A DNA stretch of 64,000 nt, taken from contig OZ024741.1 of NCBI GenBank assembly GCA_964016885.1, forward strand, positions 153,884,001 to 153,948,000, written 5' to 3'. How positions within the stretch are numbered: position 1 is the first letter of the stretch; every line of letters starts with the position of its first letter. Origin of the DNA: Eledone cirrhosa (Eukaryota). A program made the translations under genes and the position numbers. Shown here one piece after another: positions 15,001-28,028 of this stretch. The notes under the pieces are model-generated. The model was given only the letters and a program-made list of their open reading frames with translations. It had not been told where the DNA came from and searched no databases.

Positions 15001-18000
15001 ATTATACCTTGATCTTCCCACTTCTGGCTGAGTATACCTGATATCTAGCTTGTCTTCTATTTACCTGGTATTATACCTTGATCCTCCCACTTCTGGCTGA
15101 GTATACCTGATATCTAGCTTATCTTCTATTAACCTGCTATTATACCTTGATCTTCCCACTTCTGGCTGAGTATACCTGATATCTAGCTTGTCTTCCATTT
15201 ACCTGCTATTATACCCTGATCCTCCCACTTCTGGCTGAGTATACCTGATATCTAGCTTGTCTTCTATTTACCTGCTATTATACCTTGATCTTCCCACTTG
15301 TGGCTGAGTATATCTGATATCTAGCTTGTCTTTTATTTACCTGGTATTATACCTTGATCTTCCCACTTCTGGCTGAGTATACCTGATATCTAGCTTGTCT
15401 TCTATTTACCTGCTATTATACCTTCATCTTCCCACTTCTGGCTGAGTATATCTGATATCTAGCTTGTCTTCTATTTACCTGGTATTATACCTTGATCTTC
15501 CCACTTCTGGCTGAGTATACCTGATATCTAGCTTGTCTTCTATTTATCTGGTATTATACCTTGATCTTCCCACTTCTGGCTGAATATTCCTGATATCTAG
15601 CTTGTCTTCTATTTACCCGGCATTATACCTTGATCCTCCCACTTCTGGCTGAGTATACCTGATATCTAGCTTGTCTTATATTTACCTGCTATTATACCTT
15701 GATCTTCCCACTTCCGGCCGAGTATACCTGATATCTAGCTTGTCTTGTATTTACCTGCTTTTATACCTTGATCTTCCAACTTCTGGCTGAGTATAGCTGA
15801 TATCTAGCTTGTCTTGTATTTACCTGCTATTATACCTTGAACCTCCCACTTCTGGCTGAGTATACATGATATCTAGCTTGTCATCTATTTACCTGCTATT
15901 ATACCTTGATCTTCCCACTTCTGGCTGAGTATATCTGATATCTAGCTTGTATTCTATTTAACAGCTATTATACCTTGATCTTCCCACTTCTGGCTGAGTA
16001 TACCTGATATCTAGCTTGTCTTCTATTTACCTGCTATTATACCTTCATCTTCCCACTTCTGGCTGAGTATATCTGATATCTAGCTTGTCTTCTATTTACC
16101 TGGTATTATACCTTGATCTTCCCACTTCTGGCTGAGTATACCTGATATCTAGCTTGTCTTCTATTTACCTGCTATTATACCTTCATCTTCCCACTTCTGG
16201 CTGAGTATACCTGATATCTAGCTTGTATTCTATTTAACAGCTATTATACCTTGATCTCCCCACTTCTGGCTGAGTATACCTAAATCTAGCTTGTCTTCTA
16301 TTTACCTTGTATTATGCCTTGATCTTCCCACTTCTGGCTGAGTATACCTGATATCTAGCTTATCTTCTATTAACTTGCTATTATACCTTGATCTTCCCAC
16401 TTCTGGCTGAGTATATCTGATATCTAGCTTGTCTTCTATTTACCTGGTATTATACCTTGATCTTCCCACTTCTGGCTGAGTATACCTGATATCTTGCTTG
16501 TCTTCTATTTACCTGGTATTATACCTTGATCCTTCCACTTCTGGCTGAGTATACCTGATATCTAGCTTATCTTCTATTAACCTGCTATTATACCTTGATC
16601 TTCCCACTTCTGGCTGAGTATACCTGATATCTAGCTTGTCTTCCATTTACCTGCTATTATACCCTGATCCTCCCACTTCTGGCTGAGTATACCTGATATC
16701 TAGCTTGTGTTCTATTTACCTGCTATTATACCTTGATCTTCCCACTTGTGGCTGAGTATATCTGATATCTAGCTTGTCTTTTATTTACCTGGTATTATAC
16801 CTTGATCTTCCCACTTCTGGCTGAGTATACCTGATATCTAGCTTGTCTTCTATTTACCTGCTATTATACCTTCATCTTCCCACTTCTGGCTGAGTATAAC
16901 TGATATCTAGCTTGTCTTCTATTTACCTGGTATTATACCTTGATCTTCCCACTTCTGGCTGAGTATACCTGATATCTAGCTTGTCTTCTATTTATCTGGT
17001 ATTATACCTTGATCTTCCCACTTCTGGCTGAATATTCCTGATATCTAGCTTGTCTTCTATTTACCCGGCATTATACCTTGATCCTCCCACTTCTGGCCGA
17101 GTATACCTGATATCTAGCTTGTCTTATATTTACCTGCTATTATACCTTGATCTTCCCACTTCCGGCCGAGTATACCTGATATCTAGCTTGTCTTGTATTT
17201 ACCTGCTATTATACCTTGATCTTCCAACTTCTGGCTGAGTATAGCTGATATCTAGCTTGTCTTGTATTTACCTGCTATTATACCTTGATCTTCCAACTTC
17301 TGGCTGAGTATAGCTGATATCTAGCTTGTCTTGTATTTACCTGCAATTATACCTTGAACCTCCCACTTCTGGCTGAGTATACATGATATCTAGCTTGTCA
17401 TCTATTTACCTGCTATTATACCTTGATCTTCCAACTTCTGGCTGAGTATAGCTGATATCTAGCTTGTCTTGTATTTACCTGCTATTATACCTTGAACCTC
17501 CCACTTCTGGCTCAGTATACATGATATCTAGCTTGTCAACTATTTACCTGCTATTATACCTTGATCTTCCCACTTCTGGCTGAGTATATCTGATATCTAG
17601 CTTGTATTCTATTTAATAGCTATTATACCTTGATCTTCCCACTTCTGGCTGAGTATACCTGATATCTAGCTTGTCTTCTATTTACCTGCTATTATACCTT
17701 GATCTTCCCACTTCTTGCTGAGTATATCTGATATCTAGCTTGTCTTCTATTTACCTGGTATTATACCTTGATCTTCCCACTTCTGGCTGAGTATACCTGA
17801 TATCTAGCTTGTCTTCTATTTACCTGCTATTATACCTTCATCTTCCCACTTCTGGCTGAGTATATCTGATATCTAGCTTGTCTTCTATTTACCTGCTATT
17901 ATACCTTCATCTTCCCACTTCTGGCTGAGTATACCTAAATCTAGCTTGTCTTCTATTTACCTTGTATTATGCCTTGATCTTCCCACTTCTGGCTGAGTAT

Positions 18001-21000
18001 ACCTGATATCTAGCTTATCTTCTATTAACCTGCTATTATACCTTGATCTTCCCACTTCTGGCTGAGTATATCTGATATCTAGCTTGTCTTCTATTTACCT
18101 GGTATTATACCTTGATCTTCCCACTTCTGGCTGAGTATACCTGATATCTAGCTTGTCTTCTATTTACCTGGTATTATACCTTGATCCTCCCACTTCTGGC
18201 TGAGTATACCTGATATCTAGCTTATCTTCTATTAACCTGCTATTATACCTTGATCTTCCCACTTCTGGCTGAGTATACCTGATATCTTGCTTGTCTTCTA
18301 TTTACCTGGTATTATACATTGATCCTTCCACTTCTGGCTGAGTATACCTGATATCTAGCTTATCTTCTATTAACCTGCTATTATACCTTGATCTTCCCAC
18401 TTCTGGCTGAGTATACCTGATATCTAGCTTGTCTTCCATTTACCTGCTATTATACCCTGATCCTCCCACTTCTGGCTGAGTATACCTGATATCTAGCTTG
18501 TGTTCTATTTACCTGCTATTATACCTTGATCTTCCCACTTGTGGCTGAGTATATCTGATATCTAGCTTGTCTTTTATTTACCTGGTATTATACCTTGATC
18601 TTCCCACTTCTGGCTGAGTATACCTGATATCTAGCTTGTCTTCTATTTACCTGCTATTATACCTTCATCTTCCCACTTCTGGCTGAGTATAACTGATATC
18701 TAGCTTGTCTTCTATTTACCTGGTATTATACCTTGATCTTCCCACTTCTGGCTGAGTATACCTGATATCTAGCTTGTCTTCTATTTATCTGGTATTATAC
18801 CTTGATCTTCCCACTTCTGGCTGAATATTCCTGATATCTAGCTTGTCTTCTATTTACCCGGCATTATACCTTGATCCTCCCACTTCTGGCCGAGTATACC
18901 TGATATCTAGCTTGTCTTATATTTACCTGCTATTATACCTTGATCTTCCCACTTCCGGCCGAGTATACCTGATATCTAGCTTGTCTTGTATTTACCTGCT
19001 ATTATACCTTGATCTTCCAACTTCTGGCTGAGTATAGCTGATATCTAGCTTGTCTTGTATTTACCTGCTATTATACCTTGATCTTCCAACTTCTGGCTGA
19101 GTATAGCTGATATCTAGCTTGTCTTGTATTTACCTGCAATTATACCTTGAACCTCCCACTTCTGGCTGAGTATACATGATATCTAGCTTGTCATCTATTT
19201 ACCTGCTATTATACCTTGATCTTCCAACTTCTGGCTGAGTATAGCTGATATCTAGCTTGTCTTGTATTTACCTGCTATTATACCTTGAACCTCCCACTTC
19301 TGGCTCAGTATACATGATATCTAGCTTGTCAACTATTTACCTGCTATTATACCTTGATCTTCCCACTTCTGGCTGAGTATATCTGATATCTAGCTTGTAT
19401 TCTATTTAATAGCTATTATACCTTGATCTTCCCACTTCTGGCTGAGTATACCTGATATCTAGCTTGTCTTCTATTTACCTGCTATTATACCTTGATCTTC
19501 CCACTTCTGGCTGAGTATATCTGATATCTAGCTTGTCTTCTATTTACCTGGTATTATACCTTGATCTTCCCACTTCTGGCTGAGTATACCTGATATCTAG
19601 CTTGTCTTCTATTTACCTGCTATTATACCTTCATCTTCCCACTTCTGGCTGAGTATATCTGATATCTAGCTTGTCTTCTATTTACCTGCTATTATACCTT
19701 CATCTTCCCACTTCTGGCTGAGTATACCTAAATCTAGCTTGTCTTCTATTTACCTTGTATTATGCCTTGATCTTCCCACTTCTGGCTGAGTATACCTGAT
19801 ATCTAGCTTATCTTCTATTAACCTGCTATTATACCTTGATCTTCCCACTTCTGGCTGAGTATATCTGATATCTAGCTTGTCTTCTATTTACCTGGTATTA
19901 TACCTTGATCTTCCCACTTCTGGCTGAGTATACCTGATATCTAGCTTGTCTTCTATTTACCTGGTATTATACCTTGATCCTCCCACTTCTGGCTGAGTAT
20001 ACCTGATATCTAGCTTATCTTCTATTAACCTGCTATTATACCTTGATCTTCCCACTTCTGGCTGAGTATACCTGATATCTAGCTTGTCTTCCATTTACCT
20101 GCTATTATACCCTGATCCTCCCACTTCTGGCTGAGTATACCTGATATCTAGCTTGTCTTCTATTTACCTGCTATTATACCTTCATCTTCCCACTTCTGGC
20201 TGAGTATATCTGATATCTAGCTTGTCTTTTATTTACCTGGTATTATACCTTGATCTTCCCACTTCTGGCTGAGTATACCTGATATCTAGCTTGTCTTCTA
20301 TTTACCTGCTATTATACCTTCATCTTCCCACTTCTGGCTGAGTATATCTGATATCTAGCTTGTCTTCTATTTACCTGGTATTATATCTTGATCTTCCCTC
20401 TTCTGGCTGAGTATACCTGATGTCTAGCTTGTCTTCTATTTATCTGGTATTATACCTTGATCTTCCCACTTCTGGCTGAATATTCCTGATATCTAGCTTG
20501 TCTTCTATTTACCCGGCATTATACCTTGATCCTCCCACTTCTGGCTGAGTATACCTGATATCTAGCTTGTCTTATATTTACCTGCTATTATACCTTGATC
20601 TTCCCACTTCCGGCCGAGTATACCTGATATCTAGCTTGTCTTGTATTTACCTGCTATTATACCTTGATCTTCCAACTTCTGGCTGAGTATAGCTGATATC
20701 TAGCTTGTCTTGTATTTACCTGCTATTATACCTTGAACCTCCCACTTCTGGCTGAGTATACATGATATCTAGCTTGTCATCTATTTACCTGCTATTATAC
20801 CTTGATCCTCCAACTTCTGGCTGAGTATAGCTGATATCTAGCTTGTCTTGTATTTACCTGCTATTATACCTTGAACCTCCCACTTCTGGCTGAGTATACA
20901 TGATATCTAGCTTGTCATCTATTTACCTGCTATTATACCTTGATCTTCCAACTTCTGGCTGAGTATAGCTGATATCTAGCTTGTCTTGTATTTACCTGCT
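1..21000. repeat. Satellite domain A (SINE-free, ~21-mer higher-order repeat)
   Basis: Private variants include CCCGGCATT, GAATATTCC, TTCCGGCCGAG, TTTAACAGCT and the 68-bp CCTAAATCTAG monomer. The TCTTCCATTT marker recurs at 31 and 1479 (1448 = 21x69-1). Confidence 0.85.
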
Positions 21001-24000
21001 ATTATACCTTGAACCTCCCACTTCTGGCTGAGTATACCTGATATTTAGCTTGTCTTCTATTTACCTGTTATTATACCTTGATCCTCCCACTTCTGGCTGA
21101 GTATACCTGATATCTAGCTTGTCTTATATTTACCTGCTATTATACCTTGATCTTCCCACTTCCGGCCGAGTATACCTGATATCTAGCTTGTCTTCTATTT
21201 ACCTGCTATTATCCCTTGATCTTCCCACTTCTGGTTGAGTATACATGATATTAGCTTATCTTCTATTTACCTGCTATTATACCTTGAACCTCCCACTTCT
21301 GGCTGAGTATATCTGATATCTAGCTTGTCTTCATTTTTCCTAGTATTATACCTTGACCCTCCCACATCTGGCTGAGTAAACCTTATATGTAGCTTGTATT
21401 CTATTTACCTTGTTTTATACCTTGATCCTCTGACTTCAGGCTGAGTATACCTGATATCTAGCTTGTCTTCTATTTACCTGCTAGTATACCTTGATCTTCC
21501 CACATCTGGATGAGTATACCAGATATCTAGCTTGTCTTCTATTTACCTGGTATCATACCTTGATTCTCCCCCTTCTGGCTGAGTATAGCTTATATCTAGA
21601 TTCTCTTCTATATACCTGCTATTATACCTTGATCTTCCAAATTCTGGCTGAGTATAGCTGATATCTAGCTTGTCTTGTATTTACCTGCTATTATACCTTG
21701 ATCCTCCCACTTCTGGCTGAGTATACCTGATATTTAGCTTGTCTTCTATTTACCTGCTATTATTCCTTGATCCTCCCACTTCTGGCTGAGTATACCTGAT
21801 ATCTAGTTGTCTTCTATTTACCTGCTATTATACCTTGATCTTCCCACTTCTGGCTGAGTATACCTGATATTTAGCTTGTCTCCTATATACCTGATATCTA
21901 GCTTGTCTTCTATATACCTGCTATTATACCTTCATCTTCCCACTTCTGGCTGAGTATTCCTGATATCTAGCTTGTCTTCTATTTACCTGTTATTATACCT
22001 TGATCCTCCCACTTCTGGCTGAGTATACCTGATATTAACTTGTCTTCTATTTACCTGGTATTATCCCTTGATCCTCACACTTCTGGTTGAGTATACCTGA
22101 TATCTAGCTTGTCTTCTATTTACCTGGTATTATCCCTTGATCTTCCCACTTCTGGCTGAGTATACCTGATATCTAGCATGTCTTCTAGTTACCTGTTATT
22201 ATACCTTGATCTTCCCACTTCTGGCTGAGTATACCTGATATCTAGCATGTCTTCTATTTACCTTCTATTATACCTTGATCTTCCCACTTCTGGCTGAGTA
22301 TACCTGATATCTAGCATGTCTTCTAGTTACCTGTTATTATACCTTGATCTTCCCACTTCTGGCTGAGTATACCTGATATCTAGAATGTCTTCTAGTTACC
22401 TGTTATTATACCTTGACCCTCCCACTTCTGGCTGTGTATACCTGATATCTAGCTTGTCTTCTATTTACCTGGTATTATACCTTGATCCTCCCACTTCTGG
22501 CTGAGTATACCTGATATCTAGCTTGTATTCTATTTACCTGCTATTATTCCTTGATCCTCCCACTTCTGGCTGAGTATACCTGATATCTAGTTGTCTTCTA
22601 TTTACCTGCTATTATACCTTGATCCTCCCACTTCTGGCTGAGTATACCTGATATCTAGCTTGTCTTCTATTTACCTGATATTATACCTTGATCCTCCCAC
22701 TTCTGGCTGTGTATACCTGATATCTAGCTTGTCTTCTATTTACCTGGTATTATACCTTGATCCTCCCACTTCTGGCTGTGTATACCTGATATCTAGCTTG
22801 TATTCTATTTACCTGTTATTATACCTTGACCCTCCCACTTCTGGCTGAGTATACCTGATATCTTGCTTGTATTCTATTTACCTGCTATTATACCTTGACC
22901 CTCCCACTTCTGGCTGTGTATACCTGATATCTAGCTTGTATTCTATTTACCTGCTATTATACCTTGATCTTCCCACTTCTGGTTGAGTATACCTGATATC
23001 TAGCTTGTATTCTATTTACCTGGTATTATACCTTGATCCTCCCACTTCTGGCTGAGTATACCTGATATCTGGCTTGTCTTCTATTTACCTGCTATTATAC
23101 CTTGATCCTCCCACTTCTGGCTGAGTATACCTAATATCTAGCTTGTCTTCTATTTACTTGCTATTATACATTGACCTTCCCACTTCTGGCTGAGTATACC
23201 TGATATCTAGCTTGTCTTCTATTTACCTGGTATCATACCTCGATCCTCCCACTTCTGGCTGAGTATACCTGATATCTAGCTTGTCTTCTATATACCTGGT
23301 ATTATCCCTTGATTCTCCCCCTTCTGGCTGAGTATAGCTTATATCTAGATTCTCTTCTATATACCTGCTATTATACGTTGATCTTCCAACTTCTGGCTGA
23401 GTATAGCTGATATCTAGCTTGTCTTGTATTTACCTGCCATTATACCTTGATCCTCCCACTTCTGGCTGAGTATACCTGATATTTAGCTTGTCTTCTATTT
23501 ACCTGCTATTATTCCTTGATCCTCCCACTTCTGGCTGAGTATACCTGATATCTAGTTGTCTTCTATTTACCTGCTATTATACCTTGATCTTCCCACTTCT
23601 GGCTGAGTATACCTGATATCTAGCTTGTCTCCTATATACCTGATATCTAGCTTGTCTTCTATATACCTGCTATTATACCTTCATCTTCCCACTTCTGGCA
23701 GAGTATTCCTGATATCTAGCTTCTCTTCTATTTACCTGTTATTATACCTTGATCCTCCCACTTCTGGCTGAGTATACCTGATATTAACTTGTCTTCTATT
23801 TACCTGCTATTATCCCTTGATCTTCCCACTTCTGGTTGAGTATACATGATATTAGCTTATCTTCTATTTACCTGCTATTATACCTTGAACCTCCCACTTC
23901 TGGCTGAGTATATCTGATATCTAGCTTGTCTTCATTTTTGCTAGTATTATACCTTGACCCTCCCACATCTGGCTGAGTAAACCTTATATGTAGCTTGTAT

Positions 24001-27000
24001 TCTATTTACCTTGTTTTATACCTTGATCCTCTGACTTCTGGCTGAGTATACCTGATATCTAGCTTGTCTTCTATTTACCTGCTAGTATACCTTGATCTTC
24101 CCACATCTGGATGAGTATACCAGATATCTAGCTTGTCTTCTATTTACCTGGTATCATACCTTGATTCTCCGCCTTCTGGCTGAGTATAGCTTATATCTAG
24201 ATTCTCTTCTATATACCTGCTATTATACCTTGATCTTCCAAATTCTGGCTGAGTATAGCTGATATCTAGCTTGTCTTGTATTTACCTTCTATTATACCTT
24301 GATCCTCCCACTTCTGGCTGAGTATACCTGATATTTAGCTTGTCTTCTATTTACCTGCTATTATTCCTTGATCCCCCCACTTCTGGCTGAGTATACCTGA
24401 TATCTAGTTGTCTTCTATTTACCTGCTATTATACCTTGATCTTCCCACTTCTGGCTGAGTATACCTGATATCTAGCTTGTCTTCTATTTACCTGGTATTA
24501 TCCCTTGATCTTCCCACTTCTGGCTGAGTATACCTGATATCTAGCATGTCTTCTAGTTACCTGTTATTATACCTTGATCTTCCCACTTCTGGCTGAGTAT
24601 ACCTGATATCTAGCATGTCTTCTATTTACCTTCTATTATACCTTGATCTTCCCACTTCTGGCTGAGTATACCTGATATCTAGCATGTCTTCTAGTTACCT
24701 GTTATTATACCTTGATCTTCCCACTTCTGGCTGAGTATACCTGATATCTAGAATGTCTTCTAGTTACCTGTTATTATACCTTGACCCTCCCACTTCTGGC
24801 TGTGTATACCTGATATCTAGCTTGTCTTCTATTTACCTGGTATTATACCTTGATCCTCCCACTTCTGGCTGAGTATACCTGATATCTAGCTTGTATTCTA
24901 TTTACCTGCTATTATTCCTTGATCCTCCCACTTCTGGCTGAGTATACCTGATATCTAGTTGTCTTCTATTTACCTGCTATTATACCTTGATCCTCCCACT
25001 TCTGGCTGAGTATACCTGATATCTAGCTTGTCTTCTATTTACCTGATATTATACCTTGATCCTCCCACTTCTGGCTGTGTATACCTGATATCTAGCTTGT
25101 CTTCTATTTACCTGGTATTATACCTTGATCCTCCCACTTCTGGCTGTGTATACCTGATATCTAGCTTGTATTCTATTTACCTGTTATTATACCTTGACCC
25201 TCCCACTTCTGGCTGAGTATACCTGATATCTTGCTTGTATTCTATTTACCTGCTATTATACCTTGACCCTCCCACTTCTGGCTGTGTATACCTGATATCT
25301 AGCTTGTATTCTATTTACCTGCTATTATACCTTGATCTTCCCACTTCTGGTTGAGTATACCTGATATCTAGCTTGTATTCTATTTACCTGGTATTATACC
25401 TTGATCCTCCCACTTCTGGCTGAGTATACCTGATATCTGGCTTGTCTTCTATTTACCTGCTATTATACCTTGATCCTCCCACTTCTGGCTGAGTATACCT
25501 AATATCTAGCTTGTCTTCTATTTACTTGCTATTATACATTGACCTTCCCACTTCTGGCTGAGTATACCTGATATCTAGCTTGTCTTCTATTTACCTGGTA
25601 TCATACCTCGATCCTCCCACTTCTGGCTGAGTATACCTGATATCTAGCTTGTCTTCTATATACCTGGTATTATCCCTTGATTCTCCCCCTTCTGGCTGAG
25701 TATAGCTTATATCTAGATTCTCTTCTATATACCTGCTATTATACGTTGATCTTCCACCTTCTGGCTGAGTATAGCTGATATCTAGCTTGTCTTGTATTTA
25801 CCTGCCATTATACCTTGATCCTCCCACTTCTGGCTGAGTATACCTGATATTTAGCTTGTCTTCTATTTACCTGCTATTATTCCTTGATCCTCCCACTTCT
25901 GGCTGAGTATACCTGATATCTAGTTGTCTTCTATTTACCTGCTATTATACCTTGATCTTCCCACTTCTGGCTGAGTATACCTGATATCTAGCTTGTCTCC
26001 TATATACCTGATATCTAGCTTGTCTTCTATATACCTGCTATTATACCTTCATCTTCCCACTTCTGGCAGAGTATTCCTGATATCTAGCTTCTCTTCTATT
26101 TACCTGTTATTATACCTTGATCCTCCCACTTCTGGCTGAGTATACCTGATATTAACTTGTCTTCTATTTACCTGGTATTATCCCTTGATCCTCACACTTC
26201 TGGTTGAGTATACCTGATATCTAGCTTGTCTTCTATTTACCTGGTATTATCCCTTGATATTCCCACTTCTGGCTGAGTATACCTGATATCTAGCATGTCT
26301 TCTAGTTACCTGTTATTATACCTTGATCTTCCCACTTCTGGCTGAGTATACCTGATATCTAGCATGTCTTCTATTTACCTTCTATTATACCTTGATCTTC
26401 CCACTTCTGGCTGAGTATACCTGATATCTAGCATGTCTTCTAGTTACCTGTTATTATACCTTGATCTTCCCACTTCTGGCTGAGTATACCTGATATGTAG
26501 CATGTCTTCTAGTTACCTGTTATTATACCTTGACCCTCACACTTCTGGCTGTGTATACCTGATATCTAGCTTGTCTTCTATTTACCTGGTATTATACCTT
26601 GATCCTCCCACTTCTGGCTGAGTATACCTGATATCTAGCTTGTATTCTACTTACCTGCTATTATTCCTTGATCCTCCCACTTCTGGCTGAGTATACCTGA
26701 TATCTAGTTGTCTTCTATTTACCTGCTATTATACCTTGATCCTCCCACTTCTGGCTGAGTATACCTGATATCTAGCTTGTCTTCTATTTACCTGGTATTA
26801 TACCTTGATCCTCCCACTTCTGGCTGTGTATACCTGATATCTAGCTTGTCTTTTATTCACCTGGTATTATACCTTGATCCTCCCACTTCTGGCTGTGTAT
26901 ACCTAATATCTAGCTTGTATTCTATTTACCTGTTATTATACCTTGACCCTCCCACTTCTGGCTGAGTATACCTGATATCTAGCTTGTATTCTATTTACCT

Positions 27001-27846
27001 GCTATTATACCTTGACACTCCCACTTCTGGCTGTGTATACCTGATATCTAGCTTGTATTCTATTTACCTGCTATTATACCTTGATCTTCCCACTTCTGGT
27101 TGAGTATACCTGATATCTAGCTTGTATTCTATTTACCTGGTATTATACCTTGATCCTCCCACTTCTGGCTGAGTATACCTGATATCTGGCTTGTCTTCTA
27201 TTTACCTGCTATTATACCTTGATCCTCCCACTTCTGGCTGAGTATACCTAATATCTAGCTTGTCTTCTATTTACTTGCTATTATACATTGACCTTCCCAC
27301 TTCTGGCTGAGTATACCTGATATCTAGCTTGTCTTCTATTTACCTGGTATTATACCTTGATCCTCCCACTTCTGGCTGAGTATACCTGATATCTAGCTTG
27401 TCTTCTATTTGCCTGTTACTATACCTTGATCCTCCCACTTCTGGCTGAGTATACCTAATATCTAGCTTGTCTTCTATTTACTTGCTATTATACATTGACC
27501 TTCCCACTTCTGGCTGAGTATACCTGATATCTAGCTTGTCTTCTATTTACCTGCTATTATACCTTGATCCTCCCACTTCTGGCTGAGTATACCTGATATA
27601 TAACTTGTCTTCTATTTACCTGCTATTATACCTTGATCTTCCCACTTCTGGCTGAGTATACCTGATATCTAGCTTTTCTTCTATTTACCTGGTATTATAC
27701 TTTGACCCTCCCACTTCTGTCTGTGTTTACCTGATATCTAGCTTGTCTTTTATTTACCTGGTATTAAACCTTGACCTTCCCACTTCTGGCTGAGTATACC
27801 TGATATCTAGCTTGTCTTCTATTTACCTAGTATTATACTTTGATCC

Positions 27847-28028
27847 GGTGGATTGGCAGTATCGGTAGAGAGTCTGACACCATGCTTTGAAGCATAGAGT
27901 TACGTCCCTTTATGATCTGAGTTCAAATCCCGCCGAGGTTAACTTTGCCTTTCATCCTTATGGGGTCGATAAAATAAAGTACTAGTAATGTACTGGGTAA
28001 TTGCTGGCCTTGTGCCAAAATAGAAACA
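27847..28028 (+). mobile_element. tRNA-derived SINE (family 1), array copy 1
   Basis: 182-bp non-satellite insert with Pol III A box TGGCAGTATCGG (27854-27865), B box GAGTTCAAATCC (27919-27930) and 15-bp TSD ATTATACTTTGATCC (27832-27846 and 28029-28043). Dispersed relatives occur at 59965, 62744 and 63858. Confidence 0.93.

Noticed and set aside
22660-22848. TGA/TGT alternation suggesting a selenocysteine-rich or readthrough protein; likewise A-to-I recoding of the minus-strand TAG stops (WEDQGIIAGK*KTS*ISGILSQK) or the single-stop frame IEDKLDIRYTQPEVGRSRYNSR*
   Set aside because: No SECIS or start context is seen, frameshifting monomers are frequent, and a single A>T variant spread by array turnover explains the pattern.
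27847-27935. tRNA gene cluster in the array
   Set aside because: A and B boxes are present but I cannot fold a cloverleaf. The TSD, 3' body and dispersed diverged copies indicate a SINE.
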